From Pseudomonadota bacterium (GTDB taxonomy: Bacteria; Pseudomonadota; Alphaproteobacteria; GCA-2731375): a stretch of 64,000 bases of DNA. Positions 19,382 to 29,345 of this stretch are shown here, piece by piece. The stretch is from positions 5,810-69,809 of the forward strand of contig JAQBYC010000004.1 of NCBI GenBank assembly GCA_027623205.1, in the 5' to 3' direction. A program made the position numbers and the translations under genes. The notes below the pieces were generated by a model. That model did not search any database and was not told the DNA's origin. It saw only the letters and a program-made list of their open reading frames with translations. The stretch's first letter is position 1; each line of letters opens with the position of its first letter.

Positions 19382-20184
19382 GGCCGCGCTTCAGGCCATC
19401 GAACGGCCAGGATCCGGGCGGCGCGGGGATGGCTGGCGGCTTCCAGGGCGTCGCGTGCGGCATCGGAAAACCCGGGGTCCGTCTGCAGGATTCGGCCCAG
19501 GAGAATGATGCAATCCTCGTCGGCCACCCGGGAAATCGCCTCTATGATTTCCACCGAAGGCGCGCCGCGCAGCATGCGGGACAGCATGGGCAGCGCCTCC
19601 CGCCGTCCCATGCGGCCGAGGGCGCAGGCCGCCGCCGCATTCACCTCCCCGTTCAGGTCGTCCAGCAGACCGATCAGCAGGGCAATGGTGCCGGGCGCCG
19701 GCCGGGCGCAACGGCAGGCATTGGCCCGCACCTCCGGTGCGTCATGTGCCAGAAGCCGGTGCACCATGGCGCCGGGCAAATGGCAGCCAAGGCGGGCAGC
19801 GACATTGACCGCGACGTTCAACGTCGGACCCTGGACCACGGCCTTGACCATAAGCCGCGTCACCGTTGCCGCCGCGTCCCGGCCACCGATCGCCGCCAGG
19901 GCCCCGAGCGCCGCGATCTGCTCGGGAATAGGCTGATCGGCGCCAAAGCCGGTGAAACGCAGGCACAGCCTTTCGAGAACGGGAATCGCCGCGGCCAACC
20001 CGCGCCGTTCCACTTCCGCGATCACGGCGAGAATATCCGTAAGCCCGGCTTGCAGGATCGCGGCAAGCAGCGTGTCGTCATCCAGTTCCGCGGGGACGAT
20101 AGCGGGGGCGTCGACCACGCCCTGCCGCCGGCGTTCCGGCGTCAGGGCGCTGCTGGAAAAAAGATTGAGCTGTGTCTCGGGCAT
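19378..20184 (-). CDS. HEAT-repeat-like protein.
   Basis: Repeated Ala/Leu-rich helical units containing ...EVRANACRCA... and ...EVNAAAACALGRMGRREALPML..., typical of PBS-lyase HEAT-like repeats. Converges on the amidohydrolase gene with a 4-nt overlap. Confidence 0.5.
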   Translation of the reverse strand: MPETQLNLFSSSALTPERRRQGVVDAPAIVPAELDDDTLLAAILQAGLTDILAVIAEVERRGLAAAIPVLERLCLRFTGFGADQPIPEQIAALGALAAIGGRDAAATVTRLMVKAVVQGPTLNVAVNVAARLGCHLPGAMVHRLLAHDAPEVRANACRCARPAPGTIALLIGLLDDLNGEVNAAAACALGRMGRREALPMLSRMLRGAPSVEIIEAISRVADEDCIILLGRILQTDPGFSDAARDALEAASHPRAARILAVRWPEARP

Positions 20185-20393
20185 GATCCAGGTGGCGCTT
20201 TTCCCCTACCTCTTGGCTCCATGAACAAGCCAACAGGATTCCGGCGACGGATCCATTTTTGACCAAATCCGTCATGATCCGTCAAGGCGCGATTGGCGCG
20301 GGTCGCCATTCATCCCTGAAATCGGCTCTGCGGTCATAGTGCCGCGAAAAAAGGACGCCGCCATGGGCCGAGCCGACGCCGCCGATCGGGCGG

Positions 20394-21629
20394 CTACAGC
20401 TCCCGGTCGCCGCCGAGCAGACGGTGGACGATGGTGCGGCGCAGGATCTCGTTGGTGCCGTCGGCCACATTGACCACGCGGACCACGTTATAGGCCTCGG
20501 CCAGGCCGACTTCATTGGTAAACCCCATGGCGCCGTGGGTCTGGATAGCCCGGTCGATGGCGCGGGCGCCGACCTCGACCGCATAGGCCTTGGCCATGGA
20601 AAGCTCCTTGATCGCCGGCTGCCCCCGGTCCAGCAGCATGGCCGCGTTCAGGCCCATCAGATGGGCGCCGTGCAATTCCATGGCCGATTCCGCAAGGGGA
20701 AAGGTAACGCCCTGATATTCGGAAATCGGTTTGCCAAAAGCCTGCCGCGTGGTGGCGTAATCCAGGGCCAGTTCAAGCGACCAGCGCGCCAGACCCAGGG
20801 CCCGGGCCGAGTTATAGATCCGTCCCATGGAGACGCCGAACACGGCGTTCTTGAAACCGTCGTGCAGTTCGCCTACCAACTGGGACGGCTCCACCCGAAT
20901 ATCCTCGAACACCAGTTGCGCCTCGTTGCCCCCCACCGAGCCATGCATGCGGATAATACTCTCGACCGTAAAGCCCGGCGCATCGGTGGGCACGAGAAAG
21001 GCGGAAATGCCGCCCTTGCGCGCCGCCGCCCGCGCGGGGTCGGTCTGGGCAAAGATGATGCAGTAGTCGGCGATGGGGGAATTGGTGGTCCAGATCTTGC
21101 GCCCGTTGATGCGCCAGCCGTTGCCGTCAGGCGTCGCCCGGGTGGTCAGGGCGGCGGCATCGGAGCCCGCGCCAGGTTCCGAGAGGCCGAAACACATGGA
21201 GGTCCGCCCTTCGATCATGCCGTTCAGCATTTCCTCCCGCGCCTCGGGCGTGACCCGTTCCAGCAGGCGCGAGGGGCCCAGTGCCCAATGGCTGATGGCG
21301 TAAACCGACAGCCAGTTATGCGGTCCGCACAGGCGAAAGGCATGCTCCCAGGCCACGTAATAGGCCAGCATGCCGAGGCCGCTGCCCCCCAGTTCCTCGG
21401 GCACGCACATGTTGTAATAACCCGCCTTGGCCGCGGCCATGCGGACTTCGCGGATCAGCGCGATCACTTCCTCTACATAACGGCCATTTTCATCATAAGT
21501 ATGGCGGCCGTTGGACAGCAGGTCGTGATGTTTCTCGTGCCGGGCGATAACCTCGGCCTTTAGAAAGGCGCCAAGGCCGTCACACAGGGCGCGGATTTCC
21601 TCGGGGATTTCGAACGCGATACTGCTCAT
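20394..21629 (-). CDS. Acyl-CoA dehydrogenase.
   Basis: CFGLSEPGAGSDAA, WTTN and a C-terminal QTHGAMGFTNE. ATG at 21627-21629; the ORF track start at 21719 is less likely. Confidence 0.85.
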   Translation of the reverse strand: MSSIAFEIPEEIRALCDGLGAFLKAEVIARHEKHHDLLSNGRHTYDENGRYVEEVIALIREVRMAAAKAGYYNMCVPEELGGSGLGMLAYYVAWEHAFRLCGPHNWLSVYAISHWALGPSRLLERVTPEAREEMLNGMIEGRTSMCFGLSEPGAGSDAAALTTRATPDGNGWRINGRKIWTTNSPIADYCIIFAQTDPARAAARKGGISAFLVPTDAPGFTVESIIRMHGSVGGNEAQLVFEDIRVEPSQLVGELHDGFKNAVFGVSMGRIYNSARALGLARWSLELALDYATTRQAFGKPISEYQGVTFPLAESAMELHGAHLMGLNAAMLLDRGQPAIKELSMAKAYAVEVGARAIDRAIQTHGAMGFTNEVGLAEAYNVVRVVNVADGTNEILRRTIVHRLLGGDREL

Positions 21630-21733
21630 GATCAAATTGCCTTTCAGGGGGCGCAATCGTGGAAGCCGCCAAGCCCCATTGTGCGGCCCGGGCTGGCGGC
21701 GGTAAAGAGCCGGCCGCACCCATAAGCAGTGGA

Positions 21734-23002
21734 TTATAACTGCCAGTAGCGCCGATCCTTTGGCCGGTCCTTTTCGCGCCAGAGCCCCTTAATATCGGCA
21801 ATCAGGCCGCCTTCACGAACCAGGCCGGCCAGCGCGGCGGCATCCAGGCCGAGATAGTCGTCATGGCGCACGGCGCCAACCACGGCATCGAAGCCGCCCA
21901 GACCGTCCAGGGAGGCAAGCAGCGGGAAGCCGTACAGGCGTTCCGCCTCTTCGCCGTTCGCCACCGGGTCATGCACCACGACCGTATGGCCCCGGTTCCG
22001 CAGCCCCGCGACGACATCCACCACCTTGGTATTGCGCAAATCAGGCACGTTTTCCTTGAAGGTCAGCCCCAACATCAAGACCTTACCCGGACCGGTCATG
22101 TGCTCATCGATACAGCCGGCGATAAATTCGCCCATGGCGTCATTCAGGCGCCGGCCCGCCAGAATGATCTGGGGGTCGTGACCCAGTTGCTGCGCCTGGT
22201 AGGCGAGATAGAAGGGATCGACGCCGATGCAATGGCCGCCTACCAGACCCGGCGTAAAGGGCAGGAAATTCCATTTCGTGCCCGCCGCCTCCAACACGTC
22301 ATGGGCGGAGAGCGATAATTTCTGGCAAATCGCCGCAACTTCATTGACGAAGGCTATGTTGATGTCGCGTTGGGCATTCTCGATCACCTTGGCGGCTTCC
22401 GCCGTCTTTATATTAGGCGCCCGGTAGATGCCGCCGGTGGTGACCTGTCCATACAGATCGGCCAGCCGCTCCAGGACCGCCGGGGTTTGCCCGGCAACCA
22501 CCTTGGTGATCTTGTCGACGGTGTGTTCCCGGTCGCCGGGATTGATCCGTTCGGGAGAATAGCCAAGGAAGAAATCCCGGCCACAAACCAGACCCGACGC
22601 CGCCGCCAGCGCGGGACCGCAAATATCTTCGGTAACGCCGGGATAGACCGTGCTCTCAAAAACCACGACGTCACCCACCGCCAGCATTTTGCCGATGCCG
22701 GCGCAGGCCGCCTTCACAATGCTCAGGTCGGGTTGGTTCCGCGCATCCACCGGCGTCGGTACGGTGACGATGTAGATCCCGGCCGCCGCGATGGCTTCCG
22801 GTTGGTCGGTCACCGTCAAGGCGCTATCGGCCATTACAGCCGCGGCAATTTCGCCGGTCCGGTCATACCCGTCCCTCAATTCCGCGATCCGGGAGGGATC
22901 GACATCGTAGCCGATGGTCGGGAAATGCCGGGCCAGGGCAACCGCAAGGGGTAGCCCGACATAGCCCAGGCCGACGACCGCGATGGGTGAAGAAGAGGTC
23001 AT
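21734..23002 (-). CDS. Nucleotide-sugar 6-dehydrogenase, resembling UDP-N-acetylhexosamine dehydrogenases (TviB/WbpO-like).
   Basis: VVGLGYVGLPLAVALA Rossmann motif, GGHCIGVDP catalytic Cys motif, 422 aa. Confidence 0.8.
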   Translation of the reverse strand: MTSSSPIAVVGLGYVGLPLAVALARHFPTIGYDVDPSRIAELRDGYDRTGEIAAAVMADSALTVTDQPEAIAAAGIYIVTVPTPVDARNQPDLSIVKAACAGIGKMLAVGDVVVFESTVYPGVTEDICGPALAAASGLVCGRDFFLGYSPERINPGDREHTVDKITKVVAGQTPAVLERLADLYGQVTTGGIYRAPNIKTAEAAKVIENAQRDINIAFVNEVAAICQKLSLSAHDVLEAAGTKWNFLPFTPGLVGGHCIGVDPFYLAYQAQQLGHDPQIILAGRRLNDAMGEFIAGCIDEHMTGPGKVLMLGLTFKENVPDLRNTKVVDVVAGLRNRGHTVVVHDPVANGEEAERLYGFPLLASLDGLGGFDAVVGAVRHDDYLGLDAAALAGLVREGGLIADIKGLWREKDRPKDRRYWQL

Positions 23003-23232
23003 GCTGGATTTCAGAATTCGGTATCGGTGTGCGGAAGAAAGCGTTTCATTGCGCCAGAACCATTAAAATATCCGTTCGGCCCGATAGCCGAGGCAGCCAG
23101 GATTTGCGGGCGGGGAGTAGCATTATCACCACAATTTGACAAGGACCGCAATCAAGCCCTGTACCACGCGGTATCCCCCGCCGGTATGCGTCGGCCCCTG
23201 TCCGGGGATGGCAAACCGCGTTATAAGCAGCC

Positions 23233-24252
23233 ATGTCCTGGACCCTTAGCATCGCCATGGCCGCCGCCGCCTGTATCGTGACCGTGTTGGCCACGGGCGC
23301 ACTGGTGCGCCTGTTGGGGGCCCGCGCGATCCTGGACCATCCCAATGAACGCTCCAGCCACGACCGGGCGGTGCCCCGCGGCGGCGGCATCGCCGTGATG
23401 GCGGTAATCGTCGCGGCCTGGTGTCTGCTGGCCTGGCCTGGCGCCATGGCGATCGCCGATTCGTCCAATCTGATCGTCATTGCCCTGTTGGCCATCGCGC
23501 TGGCCGGGTATTCCTTTCTGGACGATCTGCGCGGTCTGCCGGCGCTGCAAAGGTTGCTGCTGCAAAGCGTGGCGGTCGCTCTGGGTTGCCTCGCGTTGCC
23601 GGACAGCCCGGTGTTTCAAGGCCTGCTTCCCCCCGTGGCGGACCGTTTGGCGGCTGGATTCGTTTGGCTGTGGTTCATCAATTTGTTCAATTTCATGGAC
23701 GGCATCGACGGTATCACGGTGGTGGAAACAGGCAGCATTGGCATCGGCATTTCCCTGATAACTCATGCCAGCGGCATCGCGGTCCACCTTGCCGCGCCCG
23801 CCGCTATTCTGGCCGGCGCCGCCGTAGGCTTCGGCTTTTGGAACTGGCGGCCGGCCAAAATCTTCCTGGGAGATGTTGGCAGCGTCGGCCTGGGCTTTCT
23901 ATTGGGCTGGCTGTTGCTGTCGCTGGCGGCAGCGGGACATTGGATCCCGGCGCTGCTATTGGCGCTATATTACCTGTGCGACGCGACCTGGACCCTGTTG
24001 CGCCGGGTCCTGCGGGGCGAGCCTTTCTGGCGGGCTCATCGGTCCCATTTTTATCAAAACGCCGCCCGCCACTGCGGCGATCATGGCCGTGTCGCGCTGC
24101 TGATTCTGGCCTGTAACGGCGCGCTTGTGGCAACCGCACTATGGGCCGCCCTGGGCGGCGACCGATGGCTGGCGGTTGCGCTGGGCGGCGTGGCGGTGGC
24201 GCTTCTGTTATACTATTTTGCCAGGATGAAAATTAGGGACGGGGCGGACTGA
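23233..24252 (+). CDS. Glycosyltransferase family 4: polyprenyl-phosphate HexNAc-1-phosphate transferase (WbpL/WecA-like initiating enzyme).
   Basis: DHPNERSSHDRAVPRGGG, NFMDGIDG and multiple TM segments. Confidence 0.8.
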   Translation: MSWTLSIAMAAAACIVTVLATGALVRLLGARAILDHPNERSSHDRAVPRGGGIAVMAVIVAAWCLLAWPGAMAIADSSNLIVIALLAIALAGYSFLDDLRGLPALQRLLLQSVAVALGCLALPDSPVFQGLLPPVADRLAAGFVWLWFINLFNFMDGIDGITVVETGSIGIGISLITHASGIAVHLAAPAAILAGAAVGFGFWNWRPAKIFLGDVGSVGLGFLLGWLLLSLAAAGHWIPALLLALYYLCDATWTLLRRVLRGEPFWRAHRSHFYQNAARHCGDHGRVALLILACNGALVATALWAALGGDRWLAVALGGVAVALLLYYFARMKIRDGAD

Positions 24253-24254
24253 GC

Positions 24255-26195
24255 GTGAACTGGCTTCGGCGCATCTCCGGACGCATCAACGGACGCATCG
24301 CAACCGTGGCCGCGCATGACGTCTTCATGGCGGCCGTGTCGTTCGAGTTGGCTGTCTGGGTGCGCTATCAGACCTATGGCAAGCCGCAGGATATCTTCTT
24401 TCTTTGGCACGGCACGGCGACCTTTACGGTGGTTTGCGCCCTGGTCTTTTGGCGCATGGGATTGTACCGGGGAATTTGGCATTACGCCTCGCTTTCTGAC
24501 CTGATCGCCATCGTCAAGGGCGTGACTTTGGCGATCCTGATCTATTTGCCGGTGATGTTCGTGCTGAACCGCCTGGAAGATTTTCCGCGCAGCGCGATGC
24601 TATTGAACTGGCCCTTGCTGGTGGCTTTCCTCATGAGCTCGCGGCTGTTGTACCGCTTTTCCAAGGATGGCAATTTGCGCGCCGTGTTCGAACGCGCCGA
24701 CGATGGTTTGGTGCCGGTGCTGTTGATCGGCGCCGGCGACGAGGCGGAAACCTTCATCCGCGTCCTGGCCCGGGACCGCCTCACCGGCTACCGCGTGGTC
24801 GGCATTGTGGATCATAAACGAACCCGCATTGGACGGGAAATTCGCGGCGTGACCGTACTGGGCGGTCTGGATGAGATCGAGGCGGTGGTCAAACATCTGG
24901 AGCGCAAGGGTCGCAAGCCCCAGCGTCTGATCATCACCTGGCCGAAACTAGACGGCGCCACCATCGGTAGGTTGCTGGAGCAGGCCGAGAACCTCGGACT
25001 GAGCCTCTCCCGCATGCCGCGCTTGACCGAGCTTCAAAGCAGCGGCAAAGGCGAGATGAAACTGGAGGTGCAGCCCGTGCAGGTCGAGGATCTATTGGGC
25101 CGGCCGCAACAGGTTTTGGACCGGGCGGCTATGCAGACCCTGATCGCCGGCCGGCGTGTCCTGATCACCGGTGCGGGGGGCACCATCGGCGCGGAATTAG
25201 CGCGCCAGATCGCGGCCCATGCCCCGGCCCATGTCAGCTTGCTGGACAATGGCGAGCATGCCTTGTACCGGATCGATCTGGAGTTTGCCGAAAGCTGGCC
25301 CGAATTGTCCCGCCGCGCCATCCTTGGCGATGTGCGGGATGCCCAACGCCTGGCCGTGGTGTTCGCGCGGGAGCAACCCGAACTGGTGTTTCACGCCGCG
25401 GCTTTCAAGCATGTCCCCATGGTGGAGGACAATCCCAACGAAGGTGTGCTGACCAACGTCATGGGCACGGCCAATGTGGCCCGGGCCTGTCAGTCGGCGA
25501 ATGTTCGGGTCATGGTGCAGATATCCACCGACAAGGCGGTCAATCCCAGCTCTGTCATGGGCGCCTCCAAGCGCATTGCCGAGATGATCTGCCAGGATAT
25601 GAGTCTGACGGCTTCCGACTGCCGCTTTATCACCGTGCGCTTTGGCAATGTTCTGGGCTCCACCGGTTCCGTGGTGCCTTTATTCCAAAGACAGCTGGCC
25701 CGTGGCGGTCCCTTGACGGTCACCGACCCTGAAGTCACCCGTTACTTCATGACCACACGGGAAGCGGTGGAACTGATTTTACAGGCGACGGCGGCGGCGC
25801 CAACGGGAGATGAAGGGGGCAAGATCTTTGTCCTCGACATGGGCAAGCCGGTACGTATCCTGGATCTGGCCCGGCAAATGATCCGCCTGGCCGGCCTGAC
25901 GCCCGAGGTCGATATCCCCATCGTATTTACCGGCCTGCGGCCTGGCGAAAAGCTGTACGAGGAACTATTGCACGACGGCGAGGCGCCACAGCCGACCCGG
26001 CTGGCCGGCGTCAACCTCGCCGCGCCCCGGGTTGTTGACCACCAGTTTCTGAGCGCCCAGGTGGAGAAACTGGCCGCTGCCGCGGCGGCCCGCGACACGG
26101 CCCGGACCCTCGCCCTGATTCGTCTCCTGGTGCCCGAAATGCTGACCGGCCCGGACCAACCCGTGGCCGCAAAAGCCGCGCTCCAGGCGGAATAA
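24255..26195 (+). CDS. Membrane-bound UDP-HexNAc 4,6-dehydratase / polysaccharide biosynthesis protein (CapD/WbpM/PglF family).
   Basis: N-terminal TM domain, VLITGAGGTIGAEL Rossmann motif, STDKAVNPSSVMGASKR catalytic region, 646 aa. Confidence 0.85.
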   Translation: MNWLRRISGRINGRIATVAAHDVFMAAVSFELAVWVRYQTYGKPQDIFFLWHGTATFTVVCALVFWRMGLYRGIWHYASLSDLIAIVKGVTLAILIYLPVMFVLNRLEDFPRSAMLLNWPLLVAFLMSSRLLYRFSKDGNLRAVFERADDGLVPVLLIGAGDEAETFIRVLARDRLTGYRVVGIVDHKRTRIGREIRGVTVLGGLDEIEAVVKHLERKGRKPQRLIITWPKLDGATIGRLLEQAENLGLSLSRMPRLTELQSSGKGEMKLEVQPVQVEDLLGRPQQVLDRAAMQTLIAGRRVLITGAGGTIGAELARQIAAHAPAHVSLLDNGEHALYRIDLEFAESWPELSRRAILGDVRDAQRLAVVFAREQPELVFHAAAFKHVPMVEDNPNEGVLTNVMGTANVARACQSANVRVMVQISTDKAVNPSSVMGASKRIAEMICQDMSLTASDCRFITVRFGNVLGSTGSVVPLFQRQLARGGPLTVTDPEVTRYFMTTREAVELILQATAAAPTGDEGGKIFVLDMGKPVRILDLARQMIRLAGLTPEVDIPIVFTGLRPGEKLYEELLHDGEAPQPTRLAGVNLAAPRVVDHQFLSAQVEKLAAAAAARDTARTLALIRLLVPEMLTGPDQPVAAKAALQAE

Positions 26196-26271
26196 CGCCG
26201 CTTCTTTTTGGCGGTTTCACATGCCGTGCTATAGGGCCAAGGTAGAATTCACAAAGTTGTGGGAGTAAACC

Positions 26272-27873
26272 ATGTCGACAACGCCGGCGAATGATCTGGT
26301 GGTGATCAATCGAGCCTTGATTTCAGTCTCCGACAAGAATGGTCTGGTGGAATTCGGCCGCGCCCTGGCAGAACATGGGGTAGAAATCCTATCCACGGGC
26401 GGCACCGCCCGCGCCCTGGCCGCAGCCGGCATTCCGGTAAAAGAGGTTAGCGATCATACCGGTTTTCCCGAGATGATGGATGGGCGGGTCAAGACACTGC
26501 ATCCTACCGTGCACGGCGGCATCCTGGCCTTACGCGACGATCCGGCGCACGCCCAAGCCATGACGGCGCACGGCATCGGCGCCATCGATCTGGTCGCGGT
26601 GAACCTGTATCCTTTCGAGGCGACGGTAGCCAAGGGCGCCGATTTCGCCACCTGCATCGAAAATATCGATATTGGCGGCCCCGCGATGATCCGTTCCGCC
26701 GCCAAAAACCACGCCCACGTTGTGGTGCTGACCGAGCCGGGTGACTATGGCCCGGTGATCGAGGCCATGGCCACGCACAGCCGGGCTACGGATGGCGCCT
26801 TGCGCCGCCGCCTCGCCGCCAAGGCCTATGCCCGCACGGGCAGTTATGACGCCGCCATTTCGGCCTGGTTTGCGATCCAGCAGGGCGAGACCTTTCCCGA
26901 CCGTTTGCTCCTGGCGGCGACGAAGCAGGCGGAACTGCGCTACGGTGAAAACCCCCATCAAGAGGCGGCCTTCTACACCACCGGCAGCGCCCGCCCCGGA
27001 GTCGCCACGGCGCGGCAGTTGCAGGGTAAGGCGCTGAGCTACAATAATCTGAATGATACGGATGCGGCGTTCGAATTGGTTGGGGAATTTGACCCAGGCG
27101 AGACGGCGGTGGCAATCATCAAGCACGCCAATCCCTGCGGCGTTGCCATTGGAGAAAACCTGCTGGACGCCTACCGTAAAGCCCTGCGCTGTGATCCGGT
27201 CAGTGCCTTTGGCGGCATCATCGCCACCAACCGTCCCTTGGATGGCACGGCGGCGGCGGCCATGGTGGAAATCTTTACCGAAGTCATCATCGCGCCGGAC
27301 GCCGATGAGGCGGCGCGGGCCGCCATTGGCGCAAAGAAAAATCTACGCCTGTTGCTGACTGGCGGCATGCCGGACCCGGCCGCGCCCGGCATGACATTAA
27401 AAAGCCTGGCGGGCGGTTATCTGCTGCAATCGCGCGACGCCGGTCGGATCGGCGCCGATGACGTCCAGGTGGTCTCCAAACGCGCGCCCAGCGAACAGGA
27501 AATGGCCGATCTGTTGTTGGCCTTTCGGATCTGTAAGCATGTCAAATCCAACGCCATTGTCTACGTCAAGGACGGCGCCACGGTAGGCATCGGCGCCGGT
27601 CAGATGAGTCGGGTGGATTCCGCCCGCATTGCCGCCCGCAAGGCGGAGGACGCGGCCCGTGAAGCCGGCATCGGGCAGGCGTTGACCATCGGTTCGGTGG
27701 TTGCCTCGGATGCTTTTTTCCCCTTTGCCGACGGCCTGCTGGCCGCGGCAGAGGCCGGCGCCACGGCGGTGATCCAGCCGGGCGGCTCCATGCGCGACGG
27801 TGAAGTCATAGCCGCCGCCGACGCGGCCGGCCTGGCCATGGTGCTGACCGGCATGCGCCATTTCCGGCATTAG
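26272..27873 (+). CDS. purH: Bifunctional AICAR transformylase / IMP cyclohydrolase.
   Basis: [32 protein letters not shown]...GRVKTLHP...[15 protein letters not shown]...[10 protein letters not shown] are full-length PurH hallmarks. Confidence 0.95.
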   Translation: MSTTPANDLVVINRALISVSDKNGLVEFGRALAEHGVEILSTGGTARALAAAGIPVKEVSDHTGFPEMMDGRVKTLHPTVHGGILALRDDPAHAQAMTAHGIGAIDLVAVNLYPFEATVAKGADFATCIENIDIGGPAMIRSAAKNHAHVVVLTEPGDYGPVIEAMATHSRATDGALRRRLAAKAYARTGSYDAAISAWFAIQQGETFPDRLLLAATKQAELRYGENPHQEAAFYTTGSARPGVATARQLQGKALSYNNLNDTDAAFELVGEFDPGETAVAIIKHANPCGVAIGENLLDAYRKALRCDPVSAFGGIIATNRPLDGTAAAAMVEIFTEVIIAPDADEAARAAIGAKKNLRLLLTGGMPDPAAPGMTLKSLAGGYLLQSRDAGRIGADDVQVVSKRAPSEQEMADLLLAFRICKHVKSNAIVYVKDGATVGIGAGQMSRVDSARIAARKAEDAAREAGIGQALTIGSVVASDAFFPFADGLLAAAEAGATAVIQPGGSMRDGEVIAAADAAGLAMVLTGMRHFRH

Positions 27874-27881
27874 GGCGTTAT

Positions 27882-29315
27882 CTATACCGCGGCCTGGGAT
27901 CTTTTTTCCTGCACGGGCAACATCAACAGCAGGCCCAGAACCAGAAAAACCAGGATAACCGCAATGCCAGCCCGCTGGCTTTGCGCCATACCGGTAACCA
28001 AGCCGACCACCAGGGGGGCGATAAAGGCGGTGGCTTTGCCCGACAGGGCATAGAGGCCGTAGAACTCGCCAATCATCGCGGGCGGCGCCAGACGCGACAG
28101 CATGGTCCTGGACGCGGCCTGGGCCGGACCGCCGAAAATGCCGATCATGATGCCAAAGAGCAGGAAAATCCGTTCCGCCAGCGTATTGAACAGGCCGTCC
28201 CCGGGTGCGGCCACACCATAGTGGACGAAGAAGAAGATGGTATCCGTCCGCGTTCCGCTGCCCAGACCGTCAACGGTGATGGAGACGATCCCCAGGGTCG
28301 CGATGAACAGGCCAGCTACGGCCAGCAAAATCGTTCTCTTGGAGCCGATGCGATCATCGAGCCAACCGCCGACAGCGGCGCCAATCGCGGCAAATAGGAC
28401 CAGGATAATGCCGAAGACACCCAAATTCGTCGTTGTCCAACCAAATATCCCTGCGGCATAAATACCGCCAAAGGCGAAGACCGCCGAAAGGCCATCGAAA
28501 TAGATCATCCGCGCGATCAGGAACAGCATGATATTGCGGTAATGGCGTAGATTACCCAGGGTGCCGCCCAACCGGCGCAACCCCCGACGCACAGCCTGGG
28601 CCCGGCCCAGACCGCTGGGTGGCGCATCCGGGGTGAACAGGAACAGGGGCAGCACGAATATCATCATCCAGACCGCCGATAGGGGACCAACCATGCGGTC
28701 ATGTTGATGACTGGCCTTGTCCAGACCGAACAAGGGGGTCTCCGGCAGGCTAAATCCCCCCAACACGAAGCCCAGGGATACCAGGCCGCCCAGATACCCC
28801 AAAGCCCAGGCATAACCCGACAACCGGCCCAGATGGCCCCGCGACGCCAAGCCGGGCAGCATGGCGTTGTTGAACACAATCGCGAATTCCGCGCCCAGAC
28901 TGGCCAAGACAACCAGGCCCAGGATCATGATCAGGTCCCGGTCTGCCGCGCCGGGCAGCGCCAGCCACAGTCCGGCGCAGCCCACCACGCTCAACCCTTG
29001 AAACACCAATATCCATGGCTTGCGCGGACCACTGGCGTCGGCCACGGCCCCCAGCACAGGGCTTAACAGAGCAATGCAAAGACCAGCAACGGCCTGGCCA
29101 TAACCCCATAGTTCCTGCCCGCGTATGGCATTACCAACTACATACGAGGTGAAATAGGGCGCGAAGATGAATGTGGTAACCAAGGTGAAATAGGGCTGGT
29201 TGGCCCAATCGAAGAGCGCCCAGCTGAATTGACCCGAACGCCGCGCCGGCCGCGCGCCGGTGATGGTCAACCCATCCGCCGGGCCATCCCCCCGGCCGTC
29301 ATTCAGCGTTGTCAT
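27882..29315 (-). CDS. MFS transporter resembling the UMF1/Atg22 group.
   Basis: 477 aa and highly hydrophobic, with about 12 TM segments. The N-terminus FSWALFDWANQPYFTLV is typical of this subgroup. Confidence 0.7.
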   Translation of the reverse strand: MTTLNDGRGDGPADGLTITGARPARRSGQFSWALFDWANQPYFTLVTTFIFAPYFTSYVVGNAIRGQELWGYGQAVAGLCIALLSPVLGAVADASGPRKPWILVFQGLSVVGCAGLWLALPGAADRDLIMILGLVVLASLGAEFAIVFNNAMLPGLASRGHLGRLSGYAWALGYLGGLVSLGFVLGGFSLPETPLFGLDKASHQHDRMVGPLSAVWMMIFVLPLFLFTPDAPPSGLGRAQAVRRGLRRLGGTLGNLRHYRNIMLFLIARMIYFDGLSAVFAFGGIYAAGIFGWTTTNLGVFGIILVLFAAIGAAVGGWLDDRIGSKRTILLAVAGLFIATLGIVSITVDGLGSGTRTDTIFFFVHYGVAAPGDGLFNTLAERIFLLFGIMIGIFGGPAQAASRTMLSRLAPPAMIGEFYGLYALSGKATAFIAPLVVGLVTGMAQSQRAGIAVILVFLVLGLLLMLPVQEKRSQAAV

Positions 29316-29345
29316 CCTCGCCCCCTGTATTTCCGAGGGTTGAGT

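Noticed and set aside
23003-23232. Possible JUMPstart/ops element (GGCGGTAG) in the divergent promoter region of the sugar genes.
   Set aside because: Only a loose resemblance (GCGGGGAGTAGC) is present, not the ops core.
26195-26271. Possible terminator after the CapD/WbpM-like gene (GCCGCTTCTTTTTGGCGG).
   Set aside because: The stem is only 4-5 bp with mismatches, so it is not convincing.
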